DNA of 64,000 bases, from assembly GCA_046290465.1 (NCBI GenBank), contig JBKAGP010000001.1, positions 640,001 through 704,000 of the forward strand. Reading direction: 5' to 3'. The position numbers were made by a program, and so were the translations under genes. The stretch's first letter is position 1. The number at the start of each line of letters is the position of its first letter. This document shows positions 27,014 through 37,253 of this stretch, piece after piece. Origin of the DNA: Planctomycetota bacterium. Its GTDB lineage: Bacteria; Planctomycetota; UBA1135; UBA2386. The notes below the pieces were generated by a model that searched no databases, had not been told where the DNA came from, and was given only the letters and a program-made list of their open reading frames with translations.

Positions 27014-28008
27014 GCGCGCCCCACGTCGCGATCGTCGGCGCGACCGGCGCGGTCGGCCACGAGTTCCTGCGCGTGCTCGAAGAGCGCGACTTCGAGATGG
27101 CGTCGCTGAAGCTGCTGGCGTCCGAGCGTTCGGCCGGCCGTCGCATCGCGTTCCGCGGCGAGGAGCACGTCGTCGAGGCGGTCGGCGAGCAGGCGTTCCG
27201 CGGCTGCGACGTCGCGTTCTTCTCGGCCGGAGGTGGCACCTCCAAGGCGTTCGCGCGGGCGGCCGTCGACCTCGGCTGCGTGGTGGTCGACAACAGCTCG
27301 GCGTTCCGCATGCACGACGACGTGCCGCTGGTAGTGCCCGAGGTCAACGCGCACGCGCTGCAGGACCACCAGGGCATCGTCGCCAACCCCAACTGCTCGA
27401 CGATCATCCTGGTGCTGGCGCTGCAGCCGCTGCACGCCGCCGCCGGCCTGCGCTCGGTGGTGGTCTCGACCTACCAGGCCGCGTCCGGGGCCGGCCAGCG
27501 CGCGATGGACGAGATGTTCGCCGGCGCCCGCGCGGTGCTCGACGGCGACGAGCCGCCGGCGCCCGACGCGCTGGCGCAGTCGCTGGCGTTCAACCTGTTC
27601 CCGCACGTCGACGTGTTCATGGAGGACGGCTACACGCGGGAGGAGGACAAGATGCTGTACGAGGTGCGTAAGATCCTCGGCCTGCCGGAGCTGCCCGTCG
27701 ACGCCACCTGCGTGCGCGTGCCGGTCGCGCGCTGCCACAGCGAGTCGGTCTCGGTGCACCTGCAGCGCGAGCTGGCCGTCGCCGACGCCCAGCGGCTGTT
27801 CGCCGAGGCGCCCGGCCTGGTCCTCGACGACGATCCCGGTGCGCACCGCTACCCGATGCCGTCGAACTACGCGCACCGCGAACCGTGCGGCGTCGGCCGC
27901 GTGCGCCGGGCGCGCGTGTTCGATCCGGGCCTGTCGTTCTGGATCGTTGGCGACCAGCTCAAGAAGGGCGCCGCGCTGAACGCCGTGCAGATCGCCGAGG
28001 CGCTGTAG
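27010..28008 (+). CDS. asd: Aspartate-semialdehyde dehydrogenase
   Basis: GATGAVG, DNSSAFRM, VPEVN, ANPNCST, STYQAASGAG, TCVRVPV, KGAALNAVQIAE. Confidence 0.96.
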   Translation: MSAPHVAIVGATGAVGHEFLRVLEERDFEMASLKLLASERSAGRRIAFRGEEHVVEAVGEQAFRGCDVAFFSAGGGTSKAFARAAVDLGCVVVDNSSAFRMHDDVPLVVPEVNAHALQDHQGIVANPNCSTIILVLALQPLHAAAGLRSVVVSTYQAASGAGQRAMDEMFAGARAVLDGDEPPAPDALAQSLAFNLFPHVDVFMEDGYTREEDKMLYEVRKILGLPELPVDATCVRVPVARCHSESVSVHLQRELAVADAQRLFAEAPGLVLDDDPGAHRYPMPSNYAHREPCGVGRVRRARVFDPGLSFWIVGDQLKKGAALNAVQIAEAL

Positions 28009-28147
28009 CCGGGCCCGGCGCGTCCGGCAGGGTGGGGCCGGGGACGGCCGCTCGCCGCTTCTGCCCATCGCCACATTGATTCCGCCAGCCGGAAGCCGTT
28101 GACTGTGCGGCCCATTCGGCAGGATTCCCCTGCCCCGATCCCACACG

Positions 28148-28741
28148 ATGGCTGCTAAGCGTTCCTCGAAGAAGAAGTCCACGACGAAGAAGAAGCCGGC
28201 GCCCGCCAGCAGGGTGCCCGCCAAGAAGGCCGCCCGCAAGGCCGCCAAGAAGGCGCCGGCACGCCAGGCCTCGCCGCGCAAGTCGGCCGGCGACGACCGG
28301 CTGAGCCAGCTGGAGCGGCTGGTCGAGATGATGGTCGACAAGGACGTGGTCGAGGTCGAACTGGAGGAAGCGGGCGCGCGCTGGCGCGTGCGTCGCACCG
28401 AGCCGCAGGCGGTGACCTACGCCGCCGCGCCGATGCCGATGGCCGCACCGGCGGCGATGCCGGCCGCGCCGGGCGCCATGCCGGCCGCCGCACCGGCCGA
28501 ACCCCAGGGCGAGGTGTTCAAGTCGCCGATGCTCGGCACGTTCTACTCGTCGCCGTCGCCGGATGCCGAGGCGTTCGTCAAGGTCGGCGACCGCGTCAAC
28601 GCGGACACCACGCTGTGCATCGTCGAGGCCATGAAGGTCATGAACGAGATCAAGGCCGAGCGCGAGTTCGAGATCCTCGAGGTGCTGGTCAAGAACGGCG
28701 AGCCGGTCGAGTTCGGTCAGCCCCTGTTCACCATCCGCTAA
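28148..28741 (+). CDS. accB: Acetyl-CoA carboxylase biotin carboxyl carrier protein with Lys/Ala-rich N-terminal extension
   Basis: [18 protein letters not shown] biotinylation motif, VEFGQPLF and a Pro/Ala linker. Confidence 0.93.
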   Translation: MAAKRSSKKKSTTKKKPAPASRVPAKKAARKAAKKAPARQASPRKSAGDDRLSQLERLVEMMVDKDVVEVELEEAGARWRVRRTEPQAVTYAAAPMPMAAPAAMPAAPGAMPAAAPAEPQGEVFKSPMLGTFYSSPSPDAEAFVKVGDRVNADTTLCIVEAMKVMNEIKAEREFEILEVLVKNGEPVEFGQPLFTIR

Positions 28742-28749
28742 GGCCCCCG

Positions 28750-30096
28750 ATGTTCCATCGCATCCTGGTCGCCAACCGCGGCGAGATCGCGCTGCGCATC
28801 CTGCGCGCGTGCAAGGACCTCGGCATCGAGACGGTCGCCGTCTACAGCGAAGCCGACAAGGACAGCCTGCACCTCCGCTACGCGGACGAGACGATCTGCA
28901 TCGGTCCGGCGCCGTCGGCCGACAGCTACCTCAACATCCCGGCGATCATCGCGGCGGCGGAGATCGCCGACGTCGAGGCGATCCACCCCGGCTACGGCTT
29001 CCTCAGCGAGAACGCCCACTTCGCCGAGGTCTGCCAGAGCTGCAACATCAAGTTCATCGGCCCGTCGGCCGCGGCGATCACCGAGTGCGGCGACAAGGTC
29101 GCGGCCAAGGAACTGGCGGCGCGCGCCGACGTGCCGTGTGTGCCCGGCAGCGACGGCCCGGTCGAGGACGAGCAGAGCGCGCTCGAGATCGCGCGCGAGA
29201 TCGGCTTCCCGGTGCTGATCAAGGCGGCGGCCGGCGGCGGCGGCCGCGGCATGCGGGTCGCGCACAACGAGCCGAGCCTGGTGACGGGCTTCCACTCGGC
29301 GCGCGCCGAGGCCGAGGCGGCGTTCAAGAACTCGACGGTCTACATCGAGAAGTTCGTCGAGAAGCCGCGCCACGTCGAGATCCAGATCATCGCCGACTCG
29401 CACGGCAACGTCGTGCACCTCGGCGAACGCGACTGCTCGCTGCAGCGTCGCCACCAGAAGCTGCTCGAGGAGAGCCCGTGCCCGGTGCTCGACGAGGACA
29501 CGCGCAAGGCGATGGGCGAGGCCGCGGTGCGGCTGGCCAAGGTCGCCAACTACCAGTCGGCCGGCACCGTCGAGTTCCTGCTCGACCAGCACAAGAACTT
29601 CTACTTCATCGAGATCAACTCGCGCATCCAGGTCGAGCACCCGGTGACCGAGCAGGTCACCGACACCGACCTGATCCGCGAGATGATCCTGGTCGCCGCC
29701 GGCGAGCCGCTGTCGTTCCGCCAGGAGGACATCGAGATGCGCGGCCACGCGATCGAGTTCCGCATCAACGCCGAGGACCCGGACCACAACTTCAAGCCGT
29801 CGCCCGGCACGATCTCGACGTTCGTGGCGCCGGCCGGTCCGGGCGTGCGCTGGGACAGCCACGTCTACCAGGGCTACACGGTGCCGCCGCACTACGACTC
29901 GATGGTCGGCAAGCTGATCATCCACCGGAAGACCCGCAAGCAGGCGATCGAGGCCGCGCGCCGCGCGATCGCCGAGATGCAGATGGACGGCATCGCGACC
30001 ACCGCGCCGCTGTTCCTGCGCATCCTCGAGCACAGCGACTTCTGCGCCGGCGACATCGACACCGGCTTCATCGACCGCTACTTCACGCCGAGGTAG
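28750..30096 (+). CDS. accC: Biotin carboxylase
   Basis: [53 protein letters not shown]. Confidence 0.97.
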   Translation: MFHRILVANRGEIALRILRACKDLGIETVAVYSEADKDSLHLRYADETICIGPAPSADSYLNIPAIIAAAEIADVEAIHPGYGFLSENAHFAEVCQSCNIKFIGPSAAAITECGDKVAAKELAARADVPCVPGSDGPVEDEQSALEIAREIGFPVLIKAAAGGGGRGMRVAHNEPSLVTGFHSARAEAEAAFKNSTVYIEKFVEKPRHVEIQIIADSHGNVVHLGERDCSLQRRHQKLLEESPCPVLDEDTRKAMGEAAVRLAKVANYQSAGTVEFLLDQHKNFYFIEINSRIQVEHPVTEQVTDTDLIREMILVAAGEPLSFRQEDIEMRGHAIEFRINAEDPDHNFKPSPGTISTFVAPAGPGVRWDSHVYQGYTVPPHYDSMVGKLIIHRKTRKQAIEAARRAIAEMQMDGIATTAPLFLRILEHSDFCAGDIDTGFIDRYFTPR

Positions 30097-30111
30097 CGCG
30101 GAGGCCCGACG

Positions 30112-30786
30112 ATGGCTGCCCGGCGCCGCTTCTCCGAACGTCTGCTGCTGGTGGTCAACGTCGCGGTCGCCAACGGCGTCGCGGCGCTGTGGATCGCCAC
30201 GTTCCTGCAGCCGCGCGTGCTCGGCAACGACCTCGGGCCCATACCGTCCGAGCACCGCATGCTGCTGATGCCGCTGCAGACGCCGGCGGCGTGGATCGCG
30301 CTGTTCCTGGCCGTCGGGCTGTTGCTGTGGAACTTCGCGTACCTGGTGCGGCGCCGCGAGGACGGCCTGCCGGATCACTGGATCCTCAGCGAGAGTTCGA
30401 CCGGTCCGGTGCGGGTCGCGCGCGAGGCGGTCGAGATGGGCCTGCGGCTGGCCGGCGAGGCCTTGCCCGAGGTGACGCGGCTGCGCGTCCAGGTGCACCG
30501 GCCCAACCAGAAGCGGCTGCGCATCGTCGGCCAGTTCACCTGCGCCGAGGGCCAGGACCACCTGCTCGGCAGCCAGCGGCTGCGCCAGGCGCTGGAGCTG
30601 CGCTTTGGCGAACTGGTGCGGGTGACCGACGGCATGCGGGCCGAGTTCGAGCTCGAGTTCCAGGGGTTCGCCGGCAAGCTGGCCAAGAACGCACCGGAGG
30701 TGCCCAAGGCGACGCCGGCCGAGCCCGAGCCGTTCCGCGGGCCGCAGTATCCGATCGACGAAGACGACGACGAGGACGACCGATGA
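30112..30786 (+). CDS. Membrane protein resembling AmaP/Asp23-type anchor
   Basis: Two N-terminal TM helices followed by G.VRVAREAVE...A..LPEVTRLRV, and an acidic tail. The family assignment is from recall only. Confidence 0.55.
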   Translation: MAARRRFSERLLLVVNVAVANGVAALWIATFLQPRVLGNDLGPIPSEHRMLLMPLQTPAAWIALFLAVGLLLWNFAYLVRRREDGLPDHWILSESSTGPVRVAREAVEMGLRLAGEALPEVTRLRVQVHRPNQKRLRIVGQFTCAEGQDHLLGSQRLRQALELRFGELVRVTDGMRAEFELEFQGFAGKLAKNAPEVPKATPAEPEPFRGPQYPIDEDDDEDDR

Positions 30787-31835
30787 CGATGCGAGTGGGG
30801 GTGCTGACCGGTGGCGGCGATGCGCCGGGTCTCAATGCGGCGATCTGCGGCCTCGGCCGTCGCCTGCTCGAGCACGACGTCGAGCTGGTCGGGTTCGCCG
30901 ACGGCTGGCACGGGCTGATGGAGAACATCACCCGCGAGATCGACCCGAGCAGCTTCCAGCACCTGCTGATCTATGGCGGCACGTCGCTCGGCAGCAGCGG
31001 CGCGTACCCGTACCGCGACCCCGACGTCTCGGTGCCCAAGGTGCTGAAGACGATCGCCGACAACCGGCTCGACGCGCTGGTCGCGATCGGCGGCGAAGGC
31101 ACGCTCGGCGCCGCCAACCGGCTGTTCCAGGAGCAGGGCGTGCCGGTGGTCGGGGTGCCGAAGACGATCGACAACGACCTCGACGCGACCGACTTCACGT
31201 TCGGGTTCTTCTCGGCGGTCGAGGTCGCGACCCGCGCGATGGACGACCTGCGCAGCACCGCCGAGTCGCACAGCCGCGTGTTCTTCGTCGAGTGCATGGG
31301 CCGGCACGCCGGCTGGATCACCGCGTATGCCGGCGTCGCGGCGGGGGCCGAGGGCATCCTGGTGCCGGAGCGGCCTGCGCACATCGAGGCGATCTGCGAA
31401 CGGCTCGAGCAGGTCCGCGCCGACGGGTCGCGCTCGGCGATCGTGGCGGTCGCCGAGGGCACGCGGATCTGGGAGAACGGCGCCTGCCTGTCGACCAGCG
31501 ACCGCGACGAATGGGGCGACTACAAGATCGGCGGCGTCGCGCACGTGCTCGCTGCCATGGTCGAGAAGCGCATGGGCTGGGACGCGCGGCCGCTGGTGCT
31601 GGGCCACCTGCAGCGCGCCGGCCACCCGATCGCCTTCGACCGGATCTTCGCGCTGCGCCTCGGTGCCCGGGCCGCGCGCCTCGTCATCGAGCGGAAGTTC
31701 GGTAGGATGGCAGCCATGCAGGCCGGCGAGATCGTCGACGTGCCGCTCGCCGACGCCGTCGCCGAGCGCAAGGTCCTGACCGACAAGTTCCTCGACAAGT
31801 ACGAGTCGTTCTTCCTGCCGATCGGAGGAATGTGA
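30783..31835 (+). CDS. pfkA: 6-phosphofructokinase (PfkA family, probably ATP-dependent)
   Basis: TGGGDAPGLNA, IGGEGT, PKTIDND, ECMGRHAGW, LGHLQR. Confidence 0.92.
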   Translation: MTMRVGVLTGGGDAPGLNAAICGLGRRLLEHDVELVGFADGWHGLMENITREIDPSSFQHLLIYGGTSLGSSGAYPYRDPDVSVPKVLKTIADNRLDALVAIGGEGTLGAANRLFQEQGVPVVGVPKTIDNDLDATDFTFGFFSAVEVATRAMDDLRSTAESHSRVFFVECMGRHAGWITAYAGVAAGAEGILVPERPAHIEAICERLEQVRADGSRSAIVAVAEGTRIWENGACLSTSDRDEWGDYKIGGVAHVLAAMVEKRMGWDARPLVLGHLQRAGHPIAFDRIFALRLGARAARLVIERKFGRMAAMQAGEIVDVPLADAVAERKVLTDKFLDKYESFFLPIGGM

Positions 31836-33112
31836 GCGCGCAACCGACTGTCTCCCTGATGGCTTCTGGACCGGTGGCGGCCACCGTGCTGGCCCTGCTC
31901 GCGACCACGGCTCCGGCGCAGATCCAGCCGCTGAACCCGCTGAACCCGGGCGGGCAGCAGCCGCAAGGCCCAGCGAGCCAGAATCCGACTGGCCAGAATC
32001 CCGGTGGCATCAACCAGGCCGGCCAGCCGAACGTCAACCTGCCCGGCACCTTCCTGTCGCCGCAGAACCCGTTCGGCAACGGCAGCCAGGGGCCCGACGA
32101 GTTCTCGTCGATCTGGTCGGCGCCGTCGGCGCCGCAGTGGTCGGGCTTCCCGGCGTTCCCCGGCAGGCTGCAGGGCTACGGCAACTACCCGCTGCCGGCG
32201 GATCCCGACGATCCGAACGCGACCGGGCTGGTCGCGCCGCTGCCGGCCGCCGAGCCGGAGCCGGTGGGCTGGCCGTCGTGGGTGCGCCTGCGGGCGCGCA
32301 AGCCGCTGCCGTTTTCGACCGACGTCGGGCTGTTGATCGCGCAGGACGGGCGTTCGTGGTTCCGCGAGACGCCGGACGAGCCGTTCGTGCCGTCAATGCA
32401 GCACGACAAGTTCGCGTCGCTGCCGGTCGGCGCCGAGGCCGAACAGCGCGGCCGCGGCACCTTCGAGGTGCTGCTGCACCAGAGCACCCGCATCGAAGCG
32501 GCTGGCCGCACGCGGCTGCGCGTGGTCGGACTCGACGAGCAGAACGTGTCGCTCGCGTTCGCAGACCTGTCGTGGCTGCGCGTGCACGTCACCGGCCGCA
32601 CCAACAAGGTGCGCCTGCCCGACGGCAGCGAACTCGAGATCGCGCCCGCTGAGGTGCCGGCCGAGATGCAGGGCGCGCTGTCGGGCTTCGGCGCGCTGTT
32701 CGGCACCGCGTCGATCCCGGAGGTCGCGCGGCCGGCGCTGGTCGAGGTCGAGCGCGTCGACGAGCCGTCGTGGTACGGCGGCCGCGCGACCATCACCAAC
32801 CTCGGTTCGCGCAGCGTGCGCTGGCGGCACGCGTTCGGCGAGACCACCATCGAGCCGTCGCAGCGGGTGACGTTCTTCCTGACGCCGCCCGCCGCACCGA
32901 CCCTCGCCGGCCTGCAGCCGGGCGACGCGCGGGTCGAGGACGACGGCGACGCGACCGTCTGCCGCGCCGTCAGCAACACCGAGGTGCAGTGGTGCGGGGC
33001 CAGCATCGCGGTGCCGGCAGGTGGTGCGGTGCGCATCGAGTCGCTGTCGGGACCGCTACGGCGCAGCGACGGCGTCGGCGGCGACGCGGCCGAGACCGCG
33101 ACCGGTGGCTGA
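31832..33112 (+). CDS. Secreted hypothetical protein with Pro/Gln/Asn-rich N-terminus
   Basis: Overlaps both neighbours, has a signal-like segment and coding-like codon bias. Start could be ATG 31859. Confidence 0.65.
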   Translation: MSAQPTVSLMASGPVAATVLALLATTAPAQIQPLNPLNPGGQQPQGPASQNPTGQNPGGINQAGQPNVNLPGTFLSPQNPFGNGSQGPDEFSSIWSAPSAPQWSGFPAFPGRLQGYGNYPLPADPDDPNATGLVAPLPAAEPEPVGWPSWVRLRARKPLPFSTDVGLLIAQDGRSWFRETPDEPFVPSMQHDKFASLPVGAEAEQRGRGTFEVLLHQSTRIEAAGRTRLRVVGLDEQNVSLAFADLSWLRVHVTGRTNKVRLPDGSELEIAPAEVPAEMQGALSGFGALFGTASIPEVARPALVEVERVDEPSWYGGRATITNLGSRSVRWRHAFGETTIEPSQRVTFFLTPPAAPTLAGLQPGDARVEDDGDATVCRAVSNTEVQWCGASIAVPAGGAVRIESLSGPLRRSDGVGGDAAETATGG

Positions 33113-34079
33113 TCCGGGCGACGTCTCGGAGCTCGCCGACGAGGTCGGGCGCGCCGCAGGCCGGCTGCGCGGCCACGTGCTGCACACGCCGCTGGTGCCG
33201 TGCCCGTGGCTGTCGGACGAACTCGGCGCCGAGGTGCGCCTCAAGCTCGAGAACGTGCAGCACACCGGCTCGTTCAAGCTGCGCGGCGCCAGCCACGCGC
33301 TGCGCACGATGCCGGCGGCCGTGCGGGCGCGCGGCGTGGTCGCCGCGTCGTCGGGCAACCACGGCCTCGGCCTCGCCGCGGCCGCGCAGCAGCTCGGGGT
33401 CGACGCGCAGGTGTTCGTGCCGACGACGACGCCGGTGCCAAAGCGCGAGGCGATCCAGCGCTACGGCGCCGACGTGCAGGTGCACGGTGACGACTGTGTC
33501 GTGACCGAAGCCCACGCGCGCGCGGTCGCCGCCGGGACCGGCCGCGCCTACGTGTCGCCGTACAACGATCCGGCGGTGGTCGCCGGCCAGGGAACGGTCA
33601 TGCACGAGCTGCTGCAGGACTGGCCGGACGTCGACGAGGTCTACGTCGCGCTCGGCGGCGGCGGGTTGATCTCGGGCATGGCCGCCTACGGCAAGGCGCA
33701 GCGGCCCGGCGTGCAGTTCGTCGGCTGCTCGCCGCAGGCCTCGCCGGCGATGGCCGAATGCGTGCGCCGCGACGCGATCGTCGACGTGCCGTGCGAGCAG
33801 ACCTGGTCGGACAGCACCGCCGGCGGCGTCGAGCCGGGTGCGGTGACGTTCGGCTGGTGTCGCGAGCTGGTCGACCGGTTCGTCGACGTCGACGAGCCGG
33901 CGATCGCGCGCGCGATGCGCGACGCGCTGGCGCGACAGCACCTGCTGGTCGAGGGCGCGGTCGGCGTCGCGATCGCAGCGTGCCGCGCCGACCGCGACCG
34001 CCGCGGCCAGCGCGCCGCCATCGTCGTCTGCGGCGGCAACCTGCCGTTCGACCTGCTGCAGCGGCTGGTGCGCGGCTGA
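33105..34079 (+). CDS. PLP-dependent threonine/serine dehydratase family protein
   Basis: KLENVQHTGSFKLRGA (PLP Lys), SSGNHG, VAGQGT, LGGGGLISG, CGGN. Confidence 0.9.
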   Translation: MADPGDVSELADEVGRAAGRLRGHVLHTPLVPCPWLSDELGAEVRLKLENVQHTGSFKLRGASHALRTMPAAVRARGVVAASSGNHGLGLAAAAQQLGVDAQVFVPTTTPVPKREAIQRYGADVQVHGDDCVVTEAHARAVAAGTGRAYVSPYNDPAVVAGQGTVMHELLQDWPDVDEVYVALGGGGLISGMAAYGKAQRPGVQFVGCSPQASPAMAECVRRDAIVDVPCEQTWSDSTAGGVEPGAVTFGWCRELVDRFVDVDEPAIARAMRDALARQHLLVEGAVGVAIAACRADRDRRGQRAAIVVCGGNLPFDLLQRLVRG

Positions 34080-34101
34080 GGGCCAGAGGCGCGGGCGCGC
34101 G

Positions 34102-35310
34102 TCAGAGCCTGGCGGCGCGGCCGAGGCGCTGCGTGCACAGCGCGGCGAGCACCACCAGCGCACAGGACGCGAGCAGGCACCAGCCGAGGCCCTGGCCCGC
34201 CGACGCACCCGCGGCGAACAGCGCGCCGGACGCCACCGTGCCGCAGAGCCGTCCCATCGCGTTGGCCGAGTAGTAGAAGCCGACCCGTTCGGGGTCCTTG
34301 TGGTCGTCGTGCATCGCGACGACCAGCCAGCTGTGCAGGCTGCTGGTCAGCGCGAACAGCACCCCGTAGGCGCACAGCGACACGACCAGCGCCGGCACCG
34401 GCTGCTCCAGGTCGGCGAGCGTGCCCGCCATCGGCAGCAGCGGCACCAGCAGGCTCACGGTCCAGCGCAGCGTCGCCGTCACGCCGGCGCGCGGTTCGGT
34501 GGCGCGCGTCAGGCGCGGTGCCGACGCCTGCACCAGGCCGTAGACGATCACCCAACCGGCCAAGAGGGCGCCGATGCTCGCGTGCGGCCAGCCGGCCTCG
34601 ACCAGGAACAGCGGCAGCGCGACCGCGAACCACGCGTCGCGCGAGCCGAACAGGAACATGCGGGCGGCGCTGAGCCACCACATGCGCGCGTCCTGCCGCA
34701 GCACGGCCAGCAGCGAGGCGGTGCGGCGGCCGGGGATGCGCGGCAGCGCCGCGAGCGCCAGCAGCGCGAACGCGGCCAGCAGCACGGCCAGGCCCGCGTT
34801 GGTGTGGCGGAAGCCGACCCAGGCCAACAGCGCGCCACCGACGAAGAAGCCCAGTCCCTTGATCGTGTTCTTGCTGCCGGTCAGCAGCGCCACCCAACGG
34901 AACAGGCCGGCGCTGCCGCCCGGCGGCTGCAGCGCCTTGACGTAGCTCTTGGCGCTGGTCTTGGCGAGGTCCTTGGCGACGCCCGACAGCACCTGGGTGG
35001 CGCCGACGTAGGCGATCGACAACGACGCGGTGTCGACGGCGAGCAGCGCGCACGCGACCGTCTGCAGGCCGAGGCCGAGCACCAGCGTCGCCTTGAGTCC
35101 GAAGCGCGCGCCAAGGTAGCCGCCGAGCAGGTTGGTCAGCACGCCGGCGACCTCGTAGGGCACCAGCAGCAACGCCAGCGCCCAGGCGGTCTGGCCCTGG
35201 TCGTGCAGGTGCAGCAGCACCAGCATGCGCAGCGCGCCGTCGCTGAGCGTGAACGCCTGGTAGCACAGCGCCACCAGCAGGTAGCCGCGGGAGTGCCTGC
35301 CTTCGTTCAT
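34102..35310 (-). CDS. arsJ: Organoarsenical (1-arseno-3-phosphoglycerate) efflux MFS transporter ArsJ
   Basis: AFTLSDGALRMLVL, SGVAKDLAKTSAKS, LTGSKN..KG.GFF.G, ARMFLFGSRD.WF, VGFYYSANA.GRL. Directly follows a gap gene. Confidence 0.92.
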   Translation of the reverse strand: MNEGRHSRGYLLVALCYQAFTLSDGALRMLVLLHLHDQGQTAWALALLLVPYEVAGVLTNLLGGYLGARFGLKATLVLGLGLQTVACALLAVDTASLSIAYVGATQVLSGVAKDLAKTSAKSYVKALQPPGGSAGLFRWVALLTGSKNTIKGLGFFVGGALLAWVGFRHTNAGLAVLLAAFALLALAALPRIPGRRTASLLAVLRQDARMWWLSAARMFLFGSRDAWFAVALPLFLVEAGWPHASIGALLAGWVIVYGLVQASAPRLTRATEPRAGVTATLRWTVSLLVPLLPMAGTLADLEQPVPALVVSLCAYGVLFALTSSLHSWLVVAMHDDHKDPERVGFYYSANAMGRLCGTVASGALFAAGASAGQGLGWCLLASCALVVLAALCTQRLGRAARL

Positions 35311-36305
35311 CGCTGCGCGGCCTGGATGCAGCGCACCAGGTCGGCCATGCGGTTCACGTAGCCCCACTCGTTGTCGTACCAGATCATGACCTTGGCGAGG
35401 CGGCCGTCGACGACGCGGGTGCAGCCGGCGTCGACGACGCCGCTGCGCGGGTCGTTGGCATAGTCGCTGCTGACCAGCGGACGATCCTCGATGCCGAGCA
35501 CGCCCTGCATGCGGCCGGCGGCCGCGGTGCGGATCGCCGCGTGGATCTCGTCGACGCTGGTGGTGCGCTGCATCTCGAACGTGCAGTCGGTCAGCGACGC
35601 GTTCAGCACCGGCACCCGCACCGCGATGCTGTCGAGCCGGCCGCGCAGCTCGGGCACGATCATCGTCACGGCGGTCGCCGAGTTGGTCGACGTCGGGATC
35701 AGGTTGAGCAGCGCCGAGCGCGCCCGCCGCGGGTCCTTGTGCGGCCGGTCGACGACCACCTGGGTGTTGGTCGGGTCGTGCATCGTGGTGATCGCGCCGC
35801 GCTCGATGCCGATCGCGTCGTGCAGCACGCGCACCACCGGCGCCAGGCAGTTGGTCGTGCACGAGGCGGCGGTCAGCACCGGCTCCCCGGCGAAGTCGAC
35901 GTCGGCGTGGTTGACGCCGTAGACGATGTTGGGCACGCCCTGCACCGGGTTGCTGACCAGCACCTGGTGGGCGCCGCGGTCGAGGTGCACGCGGGCGCGG
36001 TCGAGCTGCTTGGCCTTGCCGCTGCAGTCGACGACCAGGTCGACGCCGTGTGCGGCCCAGTCGAGCCGTTCGAAGGTCGCGACCTGGATCAGGTCGACGC
36101 TGCGGTCGGCGACGACCAGCCGGGCGCCGTCGGTCGTCACCGGGGACGCGTAGCGGCCCTGCACGGAGTCGAACTCGACCCCGAGCGCCAGCGCCTCGGC
36201 GGTGCCGTCGGGTTCGTTGATCACGACGACGTCGATGCCGGCCGGCAGCGCTGCACGCAGGAACAGCCGGCCCATGCGGCCGAGCCCGTTGATCGCGACC
36301 CTCAT
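35307..36305 (-). CDS. gap: ArsJ-associated glyceraldehyde-3-phosphate dehydrogenase
   Basis: INGLGRMGR, FDSVQG, AASCTTNCLAP, RVPVLNASLTD, WYDNEWGY. Confidence 0.93.
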   Translation of the reverse strand: MRVAINGLGRMGRLFLRAALPAGIDVVVINEPDGTAEALALGVEFDSVQGRYASPVTTDGARLVVADRSVDLIQVATFERLDWAAHGVDLVVDCSGKAKQLDRARVHLDRGAHQVLVSNPVQGVPNIVYGVNHADVDFAGEPVLTAASCTTNCLAPVVRVLHDAIGIERGAITTMHDPTNTQVVVDRPHKDPRRARSALLNLIPTSTNSATAVTMIVPELRGRLDSIAVRVPVLNASLTDCTFEMQRTTSVDEIHAAIRTAAAGRMQGVLGIEDRPLVSSDYANDPRSGVVDAGCTRVVDGRLAKVMIWYDNEWGYVNRMADLVRCIQAAQR

Positions 36306-37159
36306 CGTTCGGAGCCCGTCTGGTGCAGGACCTCGGGGATCGCGCGCGCACCGCGGCGACGTTCGAGCATCCAGGTGCCGAGCCGGGCGTTGATGGCGTC
36401 GCGCACGGTGCGGAACCGCTGCAGCTGCGCGCTCGGCGACGGCGCCGGCTCGGTCGGGTCGGGGAACGGCCAGAAGTCGACCGACCGCGTGAACGGCACC
36501 ACGTTGGGGCAGTCCTGCTGCGCCTCCGGGCACAGCACGATGGCCTGGTGGATGACGCGCTTGCCGAGCAGTTCGCCGAGGTCCTTGGCGACCAGGCCGT
36601 CGGTCGGCACGTCGATCTCCTGCAGCACGCGCAGCGTCATCGGATGCACGGGCCGCGGCCGCATGCCGGCGCTGACGACGTCGATCTCGCCGGCGGCCCG
36701 GTGGCGCAGCAGCGCTTCGGCCATCTGGCTGCGCGCGGTGTTGTGCGTGCACAGGAACGCGACCGTCGGCCGGTCGCCGGGCTGGTCGGAACGCCCGTCC
36801 ATGGGCCGGTCCTGGGGCTGCGGGGCGCGCAGCTGCTGCTCGATGCGATGGGTCGGCGTGGTCAGCAGGTCGGCGCGGCCCTGGCAGCAGTCCTCGCCGA
36901 GGAACCAGATCAGCTGCTGCAGGGTCTTGGGCTCGACCGCGTAGCGGATCCGGCGGCCGTCGCGCTCGCTCGACAGCAGCCCGGCGCCGGTCAGCTCGTG
37001 CAGGTGGAAGGACAGCGTCGACGCCGGCAGCTGCACCCGTTCGGCGAGCTCGCCGGCGAACAGGCCCGCGACGCCCTCGCGCGCGAGCGTGCGGAACAGC
37101 TCCAGCCGCACGGCGTGGGCCAGGGCGCCGAACACCCTTGCTGCCAACTTCGGTTCCAT
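36302..37159 (-). CDS. ArsR repressor fused to thioredoxin-type arsenate reductase ArsC
   Basis: HTH ASTLSFHL..L..AGL with EDCCQG As(III) site. LMW-PTP fold FLCTHNTARSQMAE, LC..AQQDCP, WPFPDP. Confidence 0.9.
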   Translation of the reverse strand: MEPKLAARVFGALAHAVRLELFRTLAREGVAGLFAGELAERVQLPASTLSFHLHELTGAGLLSSERDGRRIRYAVEPKTLQQLIWFLGEDCCQGRADLLTTPTHRIEQQLRAPQPQDRPMDGRSDQPGDRPTVAFLCTHNTARSQMAEALLRHRAAGEIDVVSAGMRPRPVHPMTLRVLQEIDVPTDGLVAKDLGELLGKRVIHQAIVLCPEAQQDCPNVVPFTRSVDFWPFPDPTEPAPSPSAQLQRFRTVRDAINARLGTWMLERRRGARAIPEVLHQTGSER

Positions 37160-37160
37160 G

Positions 37161-37178
37161 GTTCTGGAATAGTCGAAC
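37161..37178. promoter_or_regulatory. Putative ArsR operator
   Basis: AT-rich imperfect palindrome GTTC-tggaatagtc-GAAC directly abutting the arsR start codon. Confidence 0.5.
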
Positions 37179-37253
37179 GGTCTCTCCCAGGGAAGCGCCG
37201 GTCCGGAAGATCCGATCGGGAGCGTGCCGCGCGCTCAGCCGTAGACTGCCGGC

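Noticed and set aside
28099..28126. Sigma-70 promoter upstream of accB (TTGACT...)
   Set aside because: The -35 is plausible but there is no convincing -10 at 16-18 bp spacing.
34080..37250. ars operon as a mobile element
   Set aside because: There is no transposase, integrase, terminal repeat or visible compositional shift.
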